A stretch of DNA of 64,000 nt from Eledone cirrhosa (GCA_964016885.1 OZ024744.1:66464001-66528000), one strand, 5' to 3'. Positions 41,958 through 56,340 are shown, counted from the first letter of the stretch. Notes: a model not told the origin generated them from the letters alone. Program-made: numbers and translations.

Positions 41958-44900
41958 TAAAACCAAGACTACAATGACCAGCAAAGGTAGGTAAAACCAA
42001 GACTACAATGACTAGCAAAGGTGGGTAAAACTAAGACTACAATCACTAGCAAAGGTGGGTAAAACCAAGACTACAATGACTAGCAAAGGTGGGTAAAACC
42101 AAGACTACAATGACTAGCAAAGGTGGGTAAAACTAAGACTACAATGACTAGCAAAGGTGAGTAAAACCAAGACTACAATGACCAGCAAGGTGGGTAAAAC
42201 CAAGACTACAATGACTAGCAAATATGGGTAAAACCAAGACTACAATGACCAACAAAGGTAGGTAAAACCAAGACTACAATGACCAGCAAAGGTGGGTAAA
42301 ACCAAGACTACAATGACCAGCAGGTGGGTAAAACCAAGACTACAATGACCAGCAAAGGTGGATAAAACCAAGACTACAATGACCAGCAAAGGTAGGTAAA
42401 ACCAAGACTACAATGACTAGCAAATGTGGGTAAAACCAAGACTACAATGACCAGCAAAAGTAGGTAAAACCAAGACTACAATGACTAGCAAAGGTGGGTA
42501 AAACTAAGACTACAATGACCAGCAAAGGTGGATAAAACCAAGACTACAATGACCAGCAAAGGTGGGCAAAACCAAGACTACAATGACCAGCAAAGTTAGG
42601 TAAAACCAAGACTACAATGACCAGCAAAGTTAGGTAAAACCAAGACTACAATGACGAGCAAAGGTGGGTAAAACCAAGACTACAATGACTTGCAAAGGTG
42701 GGTAAAACCAAGACTACAATGACCAACAAAGGTAGGTAAAACCAAGACTACAATGACTAGCAAAGGTGAGTAAAACCAAGACTACAATGACCAGCAAAGG
42801 TGGGTAAAACCAAGACTACAATGACCAGCAAAGGTGGGTAAAACCAAGACTACAATGACCAGCAAAGGTGGGTAAAACCAAGACTACAATGACTAGCAAA
42901 GGTGGGTAAAACTAAGACTACAATGACTAGCAAAGGTGGGTAAAACCAATACTACAATGACTAGCAAAGGTGGGTAAAACTAAGACTACAATCACTAGCA
43001 AAGGTGGGTAAAACCAAGACTACAATGACTAGCAAAGGTGAGTAAAACCAAGACTACAATGACCAGCAAAGGTGGGTAAAACCAAGACTACAATGACCAG
43101 CAAAGGTGGGTAAAACCAAGACTACAATGACTAGCAAAGGTGGGTAAAACTAAGACTACAATGACTAGCAAAGGTGGGTAAAACCAAGACTACAATGACT
43201 AGCAAAGGTGGGTAAAACTAAGACTACAATGACCAGCAAAGGTGGGTAAAACCAAGACTACAATCACTAGCAAAGGTGGGTAAAACCAAGACTACAATGA
43301 CCAACAAAAGTAGGTAAAACCAAGACTACAATGACTAGCAAAGGTGGGTAAAACTAAGACTACAATGACCAGCAAAGGTGGATAAAACCAAGACTACAAT
43401 GACCATCAAAGGTGGGTAAAACCAAGACTACAATGACTAGAAAATGTGGGTAAAACCAAGACTACAATGACCAGCAAAGGTGGGTAAAACTAAGACTATG
43501 ATGACCAGCAAAGGTAGGTAAAACCAAGACTACAATGACTAGCAAATGTTGGTAAAACCAAGACTACAATGACCAGCAAAGGTGGGTAAAACCAAGACTA
43601 CAATGACCAGCAGAGGTAGGTAAAAGCAAGACTACAATGACTAGCAAAGGTAGGTAAAACTAAGACTACAGTGACCAGCAAAGGTGGGTAAAACCAAGAC
43701 TACAATGACTAGCAAAGGTGGGCAAAACCAAGACTACAATGACCAGCAAAGTTAGGTAAAACCAAGACTACAATGATCAGCAAAGTTAGGTAAAACCAAG
43801 ACTACAATGACCAGCAAAGGTGGGTAAAACCAAGACTACAATGACTAGCAAAGGTGGGTAAAACCAAGACTACAATGACCAACAAAGGTAGGTAAAACCA
43901 AGACTACAATGACTAGCAAAGGTGAGTAAAACCAAGACTACAATGACCAGCAAAGGTGGGTAAAACCAAGACTACAATGACCAGCAAAGGTGGGTAAAAC
44001 CAAGACTACAATGACCAGCAAAGGTGGGTAAAACCAAGACTACAATGACCAGCAAAGGTAGGTAAAACCAAGACTACAATGATGAGCAAATGTGGGTAAA
44101 ACCAAGACTACAATGACCAGCAAAGGTGGGTAAAACCAAGACTACAATGACCAGCAAAGGTAGGTAAAACCAAGACTACAATGACTAGCAAAGGTGGGTA
44201 AAACTAAGACTACAATGACCAGCAAAGGTAGGTAAAACCAAGACTACAATGACCAGCAAAGGTGAGTAAAACTAAGACTACAATGACCAGCAAAGGTGGA
44301 TAAAACCAAGACTACAATGACCAGCAAAGGTGGGTAAAACCAAGACTACAATGACCAGCAAAGGTAGGTAAAACCAAGACTACAATGACTAGCAAAGGTG
44401 GGTAAAACTAAGACTACAATGACCAGCAAAGGTGGATAAAACCAAGACTACAATGACCAGCAAAGGTGGGTAAAACCAAGACTACAATGACTAGCAAATG
44501 TGGGTAAAACCAAGACTACAATGACCAGCAAATTGGGTAAAACCAAGACTACAATGACCAGCAAAGGTAGGTAAAACCAAGACTACAATGACTAGCAAAG
44601 GTGGGTAAAACCAAGACTACAATGACCAGCAAAGGTGGGTAAAACCAAGACTACAATGACTAGCAAAGGTGGGTAAAATCAAGACTACAATGACCAGCAA
44701 AGGTGGGTAAAACCAAGAGTACAATGACTAACAAATGTGGGTAAAACCAAGACTACAATGACCAACAAAGGTAGGTAAAATCAAGACTACAATGACCAGC
44801 AAAGGTGGGTAAAACCAAGACTACAATGACTAGCAAATGTGGGTAAAACCAAGACTACAATCACTAGCAAAGGTGGGTAAAACCAAGACTACAATGACTA

Positions 44901-45004
44901 ACAAAGGTGAGTAAAACTAAGACTACAATGACTAGCAAAGGTGGGTAAAACCAAGACTACAATGACTAACAAAGGTGGGTAAAACTAAGACTACAATGAC
45001 AAGC
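41958..45004. repeat. 34-bp minisatellite, ~90 copies
   Basis: Unit aaaaccaagactacaatgaccagcaaaggtgggt with recurring point variants and no spacers. Confidence 0.97.
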
Positions 45005-45629
45005 GAAGTTGGGGCGAATGGACAAAGTTGTTGGGATGTCGGATAGACTGCTTTGCAGTATTTATTCAAATCCGGTCGAATTTATCTTTCATCCATTTAA
45101 GGTTGATAAAAACGTAAGTACCAGTCTAGTGCTCAGAGGTGGTGGGATGGGGGAGGGGGTACAGGGGCACCCTGACCTTTCCAATAAATATATTTTTCTC
45201 CCAAAACTACCATAAAACATATCTATTTATATATACGACTATTTATGTACATGTTATGTTTATCACATATCAAAGTTTTTTTGTTTTTTTTAATATCTTG
45301 GTTGATATTTGTTAATAAGAGCTAAAGTAACCACTACAACTAAAGTGACCAAATTTACACCACCACCCCCAATTCAGAAATGCTTCCACCCCACCTCACC
45401 CTTGGTACTGGGGTCAATTCTTATTCTTCTACTATATCATCTTTCTCACCCTCAACCCATCTCTGTAGAAGAAATATCTGCCATGTTCAGACCTGGAGAA
45501 GAGATGAGAATCATCCTGATTTTAAAATGTTCAAGAAACACCGTATGTCGATATAACGTCCCCTACAACTCCATCTGGAGTTACGGGTCAAAAGATACAT
45601 ACAAATCAGGAGCAAGATAATTGAAACAA

Positions 45630-45872
45630 GAGTTTCTTTCTTTCGTTGTCACTCTCTCTCTCCTGTTTTCTCTCTCTCTCTCTCCTTTCTTTCTTTCGTT
45701 GTCTCTCTTTCTTTCTTTCTTTCTTTCTTTGTCTCTCTTTTCTTTCTTTGTCTCTCTTTCTCTCTCTCTTTCTTTCTTTCTCTCTCTCTCCCTCTCTTTC
45801 TCTCTCTCTCCCTCTCTCTCTCTCCCCCTCTCTTTCTTTCTTTCTATGTTTCTCTCTTTCATTCTTTCTCTC
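45630..45872. repeat. (CT)n/(CTTT)n polypyrimidine tract
   Basis: Directly visible. Confidence 0.9.
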
Positions 45873-46114
45873 ACTGATTGCTACAGTGGCTTCTTGGTAC
45901 TCTAAATTGGCAGGCTGTATTACAGTGATGAGACAAGAATAATATAATATAAAAAATATTATATAATAATCATACATTCTAAACCCATGCTAGCGTGGAA
46001 GATAGACGTTAAACGATGATGATCATGATGATGTTGATGATATCAGCATATCAGCACAGAAGCCCCCAACCGAATGCAGCCTTCACCGTTTCTTTCACCA
46101 TCACATATGTGTAT

Positions 46115-48330
46115 TCATCATCATTTTACGTCTGCTTTTCCATGCTTGCATGGTGGGATGGGTCTTATTCAGCACAGCATCTCTCCACTTGTCACAATCC
46201 TTCGTCATCTCCACCGTGAGCTTCAGTGATCTGAGGTCTGTTCTCACCACCTCCGCCCATGTTTTTCGTGGTCTACCTCTACCACGTCTTCCTTCAACTG
46301 CCATTTCCTGGCACGTCTTCACCCATCGGTCATCCTCCATGTGCATCACATGTCCATACCCTCTCAGTCTCCTCTCTCACACACTACATTCTATCCCTCT
46401 CAGACACAGTTTCTCTCTCAACACATTCATGCTGGGTTGTTCACGCACATTGACATTGCACATCCAACAGAGCATGCTTACCTCATTTCTCTCCAGCCGT
46501 TGCATATCCTCTGCAGTTGCTGCCCATGTCTCACTACCATGCAGCATCCCGCTCCTCACACAGGCATATAACCGGCCTTTCGTATGCAGGGAGAAACCCT
46601 TCTTCGTCAGCAGAGGAAGCAGCTCCCTAAACTTCTTCCAACCCGTCCTTATTCTAGATACTATGGCCTCGAACCCCCCCCCCTCCTATGCTAATCTGAT
46701 CTCCTAGGTACCGGAAGCTATCCACCACTTCTATAGCACCCCCCTGCATTTGAAAAATGTGTCTATCAATGCGACTTCTACTGTCTAATTTCCCTGTACA
46801 TCTACAGCATACGTATTTCTCCCTACCTGTTAGTTTGCCTGCTATCCCACTACATCTCTTGTTTACCCAGGATCTGGATTGTGTGCATTTTATAGAGTTT
46901 ATGCCAGTTCCTTTTCTGCATATCAAACATGGCCATTTCCCTGACGGAATCAGGGTTTTGTCCTCTTTTTTACTCATCAACACTTTTGTCTTAGCTAGGT
47001 TCACTCTCAGTCCTCTTGCTTCCAACTGCTGTTTCCATAACCAGAATTTATTCTCTAGCTCCTCTACTGATTCTGCTATAAGAACCAGATCATCAGCATA
47101 GAGAAGTTCCCATGGACAGCCAGTCTTAAACTCCTCTGTTATGGCTTGGAGGACTATAATGAACAATAGACTTTTGTCTCTAATGGCCCTATCTACTGTG
47201 CTGTTCCACCACCAGGTCACTCTCCGTCTGTTTCATCAATAGCCTGCAGTAAGTTGTCACGTAAGAAATTCCAGTTATTATCTATGTTATACGTCTCTAA
47301 ATCGTCTTCTTTTTCGTCATACACATCTTGAAGGGATTTCCTAAATTTGTATTTTAGTGAAAGCTCTTTTAGCTTCCAGACCTTTCTTCTCCACACCTTC
47401 CTGTATGTCTCATTCCATCTCTTGCTTACTGAGATATCACTAATGACTAACCTATGCTGTGGGGTACATTCTTCCCCAGGGTATGCCTTGGTATTTGACA
47501 CCATCTGCCTAACTAGTAAGAAGTTAATCTGGCTTATGTGCTCGGCTGATTTGTAGGTTATTAGGTGATTGGTAGGTTTCTGGACTTAGTGTTGCAAATA
47601 GTCAGTGTACTTGCATCACGAAATTCAAGAAGTCTCACTCCTTCTTCATTTCTTGAGCCATAACCGTGCCCACATGTACCCCAGTGTAACCATCCTGGAG
47701 CTGTCCAACATGACCATTGAAGTCCCCTGCTAGCATAACAATGTCTCCGTCCTCTGTCATTGCGGCTGTTTGTAAAAGTTGCTCGTAAAAGCAGTTTTTC
47801 TCTTCTTTGACTAGGCCTGCTTGGGGAGCATAGGCAGAGATGATTGTCAGTAGTCTCCTGCCAACAACTAATCTAAGCTTAATTATTCGATTATTAACTC
47901 GAACTACCTCTATTGTCTTATTGACCCATTTCTCAGCCAGGAAAATGCCTACTCCCCCTAACCCATCATCCTTACCTACCCAGAAATGCTTATAGCTAAG
48001 ACTAGTCTCGCAGAGGCACCTCTCCATTTCACCTCTTGCACGCAGCACACATCCAACATGCCTTCTCTCCAGCATCTCCGCTATTTCAGCAGATCTACCT
48101 GTGAGAGTGCCAACATTAAGTGTTGCAACTCTGAGATGCGACGTCTTCATATTTTTGTTATTCCTATCTATTTGTTGGTGTGCTGATAAGCGTTTTGGCA
48201 TTGATACACTGGTTGGATGCCCTTCCTAAAACCAGTGCCACTTTACAGCATGGACTGGGTGCTTTTATTCGTGCCACCAGCACTAGAGAGGATGTCTTAC
48301 TGGACTCATGGGCCCTCTCTACCCTTGCAT
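46115..48330 (-). mobile_element. RTE LINE family A with 5' end and a large internal deletion
   Basis: EN (VATLNVGTL, ISAYAPQ, LAGDFNGHVG). TWWWNSTVDRAIRDK is fused directly to SLLFIIVLQAITEEFKTGCPWELLYADD at ~47170, ~1 kb shorter than the copy at 61393-63560. Confidence 0.92.
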
Positions 48331-48533
48331 TTTACAGCTTGGTCATAACAAAAAAAAAAAAAACCCACTTATTGACATTCACAGCACACACACACTCACT
48401 CACTGACCAACACTCATGCATACAAACACACACACCACTCACACACCAACACTCATGCATACAAACACACACATATATACACATATATATATATATATAC
48501 ATATATGTATATATATACATATATACATACACC

Positions 48534-48575
<42 letters not shown>

Positions 48576-48590
48576 AACACACACATATAC

Positions 48591-48628
<38 letters not shown>

Positions 48629-48630
48629 AT

Positions 48631-48688
<58 letters not shown>

Positions 48689-48743
48689 TATATACATATA
48701 TATATACATATATATATACATATATATATACATATATATATAC

Positions 48744-48775
<32 letters not shown>

Positions 48776-48813
48776 GAAATATAAGAATCAAAGAACTGTT
48801 CAAAACATTATTG

Positions 48814-48860
48814 TGCTTACAGCTGTTTCCTCCAAACCGAGGTTTGGATTCTTCGGAGCA
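48814..48860 (-). ncRNA. Hammerhead motif, CCGAAGA core variant (GUA)
   Basis: Mirror of 49181-49227. Confidence 0.62.
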
Positions 48861-49180
48861 ATTTATTAATGCATGGACAGTTATATGACCTCCTTTTCAG
48901 CCGAGAGACATACCAATACATATTCAAACATTGATACATATTCAAACATTGTGGGTCAACATTCATTACAAAATTTAGAGTGGCAGTACACACTTCGAGA
49001 TTACATTTATATTAATAGGTACCTATTAATATAAATGTAATCTCGAAGTGTGTACTGCCACTCTAAATTTTGTAATGAATGTTGACCCACAATGTTTGAA
49101 TATGTATCAATGTTTGAATATGTATTGGTATGTCTCTCGGCTGAAAAGGAGGTCATATAACTGTCCATGCATTAATAAAT

Positions 49181-49227
49181 TGCTCCGAAGAATCCAAACC
49201 TCGGTTTGGAGGAAACAGCTGTAAGCA
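49181..49227 (+). ncRNA. Hammerhead motif, CCGAAGA core variant (GUA)
   Basis: TGCT-CCGAAGA-a TCCAAACC tc GGTTTGGA g-GAAA-CAG CTG-TA-AGCA. Confidence 0.62.
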
Positions 49228-49437
49228 CAATAATGTTTTGAACAGTTCTTTGATTCTTATATTTCATATATTTCATATAACTGCTCTGTAAATCATCTGA
49301 TGTTTTTACATTGAGCTACTTAACTTACTGGTAATAAGGTAGTAATACATTACTGCCTACCACTATTTAGGGTGTGTGTAAAATACTTACAACTGCTTAA
49401 GGTTTTGTGTTTACATAACCATAAATAGTATAACTAA

Positions 49438-49489
<52 letters not shown>

Positions 49490-49955
49490 GTATATCTTAG
49501 ATGAATTACTTTTCTCAGTCATTTCCTCCCTCTTAACAGAACTACAGCCATTTTAGACCTATCTGACATTGCAAAACAAGCATTTCCTGCAAATGTAAGT
49601 AATACAGAAATATCCAGTTCAACTTAAACCATATAAAACTTAACAGTATGGGACATCTGCACATATTCTATAGTGGTTATATATACATACATGATAGCTT
49701 CCCCCTCGTTATCGACTATGGCCATTGCACGATATACCATTATTAATAATTATTAATTAATTCTATCGTGCAATGCCTGTGCGTGAAGATATTTTGTAAA
49801 GTGAGGAAAGACTGTGCACTGAGCCAATCCCACTCTCTGAGCGACAGTAGCTATAACCCAAAAAGAAGAAAAGATCAACATCATCGGTTACTACTGAGCC
49901 GCAGGTTTTATGTCGGAGTTATCACATCAGTTTCTTGAGTTGCCTTCTCCTAGAA

Positions 49956-51017
49956 CACAGGTTCTCAACCCATTTAGGCCAAACGCCCCCTTTTGTCCCT
50001 CGAAATCACGAAACGCCCCCCCCCCCTTTTTTTTTCCCATTTTTCAATATACTACTGATTTTTATATCAGTAGATTACTAAAAAATTGATTAACAATATT
50101 CCAAAGATGTGTGTATTATCTGATTATGTGTTGTATGTGGTCCTAGATGTGTGTATTATCTGATTATGTGTTGTATGTGGTCCTAGATGTGTGTATTATC
50201 TGATTATGTGTTGTATGTGGTCCTAGATGTGTGTATTATCTGATTATGTGTTGTATGTGGTCCTAGATGTGTGTATTATCTGATTATGTGTTGTATGTGG
50301 TCCTAGATGTGTGTATTATCTGATTATGTGTTGTATGTGGTCCTAGATGTGTGTATTATCTGATTATGTGTTGTATGTGGTCCTAGATGTGTGTATTATC
50401 TGATTATGTGTTGTATGTGGTCCTAGATGTGTGTATTATCTGATTATGTGTTGTATGTGGTCCTAGATGTGTGTATTATCTGATTATGTGTTGTATGTGG
50501 TCCTAGATGTGTGTATTATCTGATTATGTGTTGTATGTGGTCCTAGATGTGTGTATTATCTGATTATGTGTTGTATGTGGTCCTAGATGTGTGTGCTACT
50601 CGCTATTATTCCCTATTATTTATACAATAGGGAATAAAATAGATCTACATAGTGTTAACTCGTTGCGGTTGAGTCAATAATTTCAGACATGAAATACATT
50701 GTTATCGGTGAAGGAAAGATAAGATTCTAATTAGCTGCGCTCAAAGTGTCCTTGACCCAGTTGACTGCGGGCTTTTTCATTTTTAGGATCTCAATTACCG
50801 GTTAACGTCTCAATTACCAGACATGCCTGCACACCTGCTCACAGCTGTGGTCAGACTATAGTTATGCTGTCTGCAAGCTCAGTCAAATGCATTCACACTG
50901 GCTGTCTCAAAGACATACAAATATGGCTTATAAAACTTACCAAAATAAAGACCCTTTCAGCCCCCCTACCCCAGCTCCCCCCCCCCGGTGCATATGCCCC
51001 CCCTTTGAGAACCTTTG
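49956..51017. mobile_element. hAT-type non-autonomous element with perfect 8-bp TSD
   Basis: TSD TCCTAGAA at 49948-49955 and 51018-51025; TIRs cacaggttctcaa / ttgagaacctttg. Confidence 0.88.
50105..50594. repeat. Perfect 40-bp minisatellite, 12.25 copies
   Basis: Unit agatgtgtgtattatctgattatgtgttgtatgtggtcct, invariant. Confidence 0.97.
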
Positions 51018-52059
51018 TCCTAGAAGAATGCCGTGACATAGGCTAGGGGTCCTTCACTCCTAGTGGTTTAACCGCGCAATTGCGTGTCCAGCCCGACTTT
51101 CTCTATGTCCCCGGGCATATACATACACATGCACTCATGTATATACTCATATACATATACATACATATGTACATATGTATATATGTATGCATACATATAT
51201 AAATGTATGTATGTGTGTATGTATATACATACATACATATGTATACAAATACATACATACATTCATACATACATACATCCATTCATACATACATATGTAC
51301 ATACATGCATACCTACCTACCTATATACATACATTCTTACATACATACATAGAGGCATGCCTGCATGCATTCTTACATACACACATGCCTCATGCATACA
51401 TGCATGTCTACATACATACATATACGTACATACATACGTATATGTATACGTACATATATTCATGCAGATACATACATACATACATGCATACATACACACA
51501 CACATGCACATACTTACGTACACACACACACACCCATAGATGTTTATAAATATATATATATATAATGGCTGCAACTCGATTTTGAGTAATGCCATTGCTC
51601 GACACTTAAGCATGATGTGGCTTTTTAATCCTGCTAGAGACTTGCCTATGGCCAGCAATACCATATATAGCAATAAATGTCACATATCGAGCGATGCCTG
51701 TGCTTGAAGCTTTTTTTAAGTGAGGAAAGGCTTTGCATGGAGTCAATCCCACTCTCTGAACTTTAAATGCTTTTGCCCAAAAGAAAAACTGGTCTACATC
51801 ATTGGATACAAACGAAGTCGCAGGTTTTATATGAGAGTGACCTATATGAGATGTCTTAATGAAAACTCGGAATCTCTCGCTCCACATCTTTGTGTGTGTG
51901 TTATATTTAAAACATGACTCTCTCCCCAGTTTTATCATATATTTACCTCAGCCTATTCATTTATAACCCTGCTTACTCTCTTATATTTAATTCATGAGAA
52001 ACCAGTTTTATACGATTACTGTACTGTCACACTTTACTTATCTCCCCTACTAACCTTAA

Positions 52060-52270
52060 CCCTTTAGTATTTAAACCGGCCATAATTTTCTCACCTCTTT
52101 CTGTTCAAACTGGCTGTAACCATCGACTCATACTTATGTTAAGGTATTGTTCTCAAAATAAATAACATCAAAATCTCGTAGATTCCATACTAAGTGAGAT
52201 AATTCTGTAAAATAAAACCTTTACTGTGAAAATACAATCATATATATAGAGTAATGTAAGGGCTAAAGGG
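52060..52270. mobile_element. piggyBac-type MITE
   Basis: ttaa|ccctttag...ctaaaggg|ttaa; a partial further copy lies at ~56860-57010. Confidence 0.85.
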
Positions 52271-52312
52271 TTAAGATGTTTGTTTTTTGTATTTATTATT
52301 AGTATTATCACT

Positions 52313-52725
52313 AGGGGGGTGTATTGGCAGTATCGGTAGAGCGTCAGACAACATACTTTGTGGATTATATTTACGGCCCTATACATTCTGAGTTCAAATC
52401 CTTCGAAGGTTAGCTTTGCCTTTCATCCTTATAGGGTTGATAAAATAAAGTACCAGTCACACACTGGGGTCGATTTGATTGACTTTCCCCTTCCCCAAAA
52501 TTGCTGGCTTTGTGCCTAAATCAGAAACCATTACTATTATTATTACTAGGACATGGGATTGACAGAATCAGTAGAACGTCATACAATATGCTGAGCGGCA
52601 CAGAGTTACGACCCTTTACGTTCTGAGTTCAACTCCCTCTTTGCCTTTCATCCTTACGAGGTTGATAAAATAAAGTACCAGTAACGTACTGAGATCGATA
52701 TAATCAACTTTCCCCTCCCCCCAAA
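52313..52725 (+). mobile_element. Two tandem SINE family 2 copies
   Basis: Family motif at ~52418 and ~52642. Confidence 0.8.
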
Positions 52726-53022
52726 TCATTTTTAGGTATTTTTTGATTACTCAAAATTAGTTTAAGTATGTAACCTAATCCACCTCAAACTACCCCGGGT
52801 GTTATGAAACAAAACCACCTATTTTAAAAGATTCCTATGTAAGTTAAAAAAAATCCCCTAACAATTTGATATAAGAACTTTTTGATGTTGTTACATCACT
52901 CCCTCACCCTCTCCTTTCCTTTCGTTGCTTAGTTCCTTTTTTTTTACTCTTTTTCTTTTCTTATAGCCATCTATATTGTAGTTTGTGCTAACTTTCAGAG
53001 GCAAATAGTAATTTGATATCTA

Positions 53023-53067
<45 letters not shown>

Positions 53068-53689
53068 TTTGGCAAGCAGGTTAGTGGTCACCTGATCAAT
53101 CCTTCATCCATCCATCCACATAACATAAATAGGAAATTTTTTTCACAAAGTTGGCTTAAAAACCATTCATGATTACATAAATATGAAAAAAAAAGATAAA
53201 AGCAAAATTAAATAATTAGAAAAGAGGGGAGGGATAAAGAAGGGTAGATCTGGCTGTATGGGAAAGTAGAGGAAAGGACTATAAAGGCCATGAATGAGAG
53301 GGGAAAGATGGGAAAAAGCAAGGACTCTAGAGCCACAGAAGAAAAGGAAGGATAAGGGGACAGGATGATGGGCTCTGGGCCTAGGGCGCTGCAGTGTTGG
53401 GGTTGTGCCCCGTGGACAAAACTGCAAAGGCACATCATGGTCTATCTAGCTACATAACTGTCTAACTATAAACCCACTTAACTGTCAATCTATCTAGCTA
53501 TTAACCCATCTCATCTGTCTGTCTGTTTGTCTGTCTGCCTGACTGTCTATAGTGAACGATATTTGTGTATATTTACCAATGTATTTATTTTGGGGTAAGA
53601 ATAACAACAACAAACCACAAATTCCAATAGCTGTCATAAGACAGATAGCTAGAAAGACAGATAGATAGATAGAGAGAGAGAGAAAGAGA

Positions 53690-55541
53690 TTTCTTTATTT
53701 GCCACAAGGGCACACAAGAAATGAGACATTATAGGATGTGATGACAGCGGTAGATAGATAGATTTCTTTATTTGCCACAAGGGCACAGAAGAAAAGGGGA
53801 CAATACAAAGACATGCCGAGGATTTTACATACAGTCATGTAAAAAATATAAAACAAACAATTATAACAATCGAAATCCCCAATAGGGGGGAAGTGCCACA
53901 AATGGGTTCTTTAATACCCCGTCGATAGAACAACCCTCAACTTCAGGAGCATGTTGTGCAAGTGCTCCCTTCTTCCTTTTGCTATCTTCTTTAACCTACA
54001 GGCTTATAAACAGAGAAGGCCCAATCACTTGGGCCATTTTTGCCACATTCACCCACCTTTCAGTAAATTTACTGGGGTGCAGTGCCTCTCTCTCCACCGT
54101 GATTCTCCTTCTAAAGTGACACTTAACGAAGGGAATCAATTGTTGTCTGGAGAGAAAGGCATCTGTCCTCAGTCCTCTCAATCTTGTCCACCATATAACC
54201 TCTTTCACCATAGCCACTGTACAGAGGAAAACCACCTCTCTTTCTTTTTTGAAAGAGGCTGGCGGTTTGATCCTTACTATGGACTTGGCAGTCAACTGGA
54301 TTTGTTCCATACGCGACAGCAGATGTTCTGCATAGTTCCATAGGTCGGTTACGCCCGGGCAGGACGGTTTCAATGTCCTGCACGCATCTTAGACACATCC
54401 TTTTCGAAGGATCCCTGCCGGGGCGTCCGTGCCTGTAGATCTTGTCACAAACTGGTAGAGCTCTTCGGTAGCACTGCCAGGCCAGGTGCCCATCATTTTC
54501 GGTCTTTTCTTGACCCAGGACTGCAGCTCCATCAGTGAGACGAGCTGTGGGAAAGCCTGTCTCACAAACGGTTCCCACACCGGTTGGGGGTCGGTGAGGA
54601 ATGCCTGGAGATGCCGCAGCCTCAGCGCATGTTTGCGCATCATCAGCCACGGCATTCCCAGCCCTCCGTTGGAAGGGTGCTGACAGCAGATGGATCTCCT
54701 CACCAGCGGAGCCTGCTTCTTCCACAGAAACCGGAAGAGCATGTGTTCCATCTTTCAAGGCAGTTTGCACTCTGCCCACTTCTGGGTGAGTGCAAACACC
54801 TTGGCTGTGACCTCGTTCCAGTTTTTTTCCACCTGGAGGTCTGAACCGAACCAGACCCCGAGCAATTTCACCGGTCCGTCCGTCCAGCGTCCGATGACGC
54901 TTTCGGACATCATCGGTTTGCCTCTCCAGGTACCGAGTTGCAAACCGACAGACTTGTCCGGGTTTAGTTTTGCTCCTGTCAGCATTTCGTATTCTTTCAG
55001 TAAGTTGCCGATCACCCCTATTTCCGAGGTGCTCGACACCATTACTGTCACGTCGTCGGCATAAGCCGATGCCACTTTGCGCAGTCCCGGTTCTAGGGGG
55101 ATGCCCTGCAACAGCTCCAATTTCCGCAGTAGTGGATTTAGAGTCAATACATTCAGAATGGAGGAGTAAGGGCATCCCTGTCGAATGGAACACGTGATTA
55201 CAAATGGCTCCGATAGGTAGCCGTTCACCTTGACCCTCGAGCAGATGCTGGTGTGCATCGCCTCGATCCAGCCTCTGAACACGGGACCGAAACCGGCCGC
55301 CTTGAGAACCGCTTCCAAGTATCGATGGTCGACCCTTTCGAATGCCTTAGACTGATCCAAATTGATCAGAGCCCCACCGAAGCCGGGTTTACTACCCACC
55401 CTCTCTATGATGTATCGCATGAGGTGGAGGTTGTCGAGTATGGACCTGGTCGGGATTGCACACGTTTGCGCTTTCCCTACCAGGTTCTCGATGACAAGCG
55501 CCAACCTCGTCACTAGCACCTTGGCCAAAATCTTTAACTCT
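53690..55541 (-). mobile_element. Tx1/L1-clade LINE, 5'-truncated, internally deleted RT pseudogene
   Basis: KILAKVL..RL, LDQSKAFERVDHRYL, IRQGCPYS, AYADDV, LLGVWFG and HPSNGGLGMP are L1/Tx1 RT signatures. Both ends abut (GATA)n; the 3' terminus is duplicated at 53690 and 53762. Confidence 0.9.
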
Positions 55542-56166
55542 GATAGATAGATAGATAGATAGATAGACATATATATATATATATATAATGAGAGAGAGAG
55601 ATAAGTAGAACAAAGTCATTGTAATTCGGTGGATATATGTTCGATAATGATTGAAGAAAATATGGAAGAAAATTATTGTAATTGATTTAAATTAATGTAA
55701 AATGGTCAGAATGACAAGAGGATAAAAGTCAAGGAAAATTGAGAATTCAAGTATCTTTACATAGAATGTAATGGAATTCTCATATTAATTATGTTTTACT
55801 ATAAACCCCATTATTTTTTATGGGTACTATACAAGTAATTTTAGTAATTCCCTCGGGTTCTTCATTACTTCATTAAAATACAGTGTATTTTATCAATAAT
55901 ATGGTAATGTAAAAGTTTTTTTAAGTTTTTACAGATACCATTCGCATAATTTTAAAACAATATCTTTGAAACATTTTTCAAGTCAGACATGACTGTGTAA
56001 TTATGTTACCACATGGTTGAAGGTTTTCGTTTAATGAGTAGGACATTCAGCATTTGTTTTCTACTACAGCCTAATGTCAAACAAATTATGCCTTGAGAGT
56101 GAAATTCAGAAGGCTGAAACAGTGCAGAAGTCCATCACGTTTATGTATGTGTGCATTATATGTATG

Positions 56167-56340
56167 CATCATCATCATTTAATGTCTATTTTCCATACTA
56201 GCATGGGTTAGACAGGTTATCCCATTAGAGGTTTCTGGCTAGATTTCTACAGCTGGATGCCCTTCTTAACATCAACCACATTTACAGTGTGTGCTGGGTG
56301 CTTTTTGTTGTGACGCCTATATGACCACTTTACAGTGTGT
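56167..56340 (-). mobile_element. RTE-related SINE or 3' module fragment
   Basis: (cat)n, ctagcatgggttagac, ctggatgcccttc, ctgggtgcttttt. Confidence 0.7.

Larger units (their letters stand above)
48770..49271. repeat. Perfect 502-bp palindrome with no spacer, carrying two hammerhead motifs
   Basis: Centre ggt|acc at 49020/49021; arms are exact reverse complements by eye. Confidence 0.92.

Noticed and set aside
41958-45004. CRISPR-like appearance (34-bp period)
   Set aside because: Contiguous tandem units, no unique spacers, no cas genes.
45581-45977. Glu/Arg/Lys-rich and Ser/Leu-rich ORFs
   Set aside because: (CT)n/(CTTT)n microsatellite.
54123-55193. 356-aa ORF
   Set aside because: Alternative frame of the GC-rich Tx1-like RT pseudogene.
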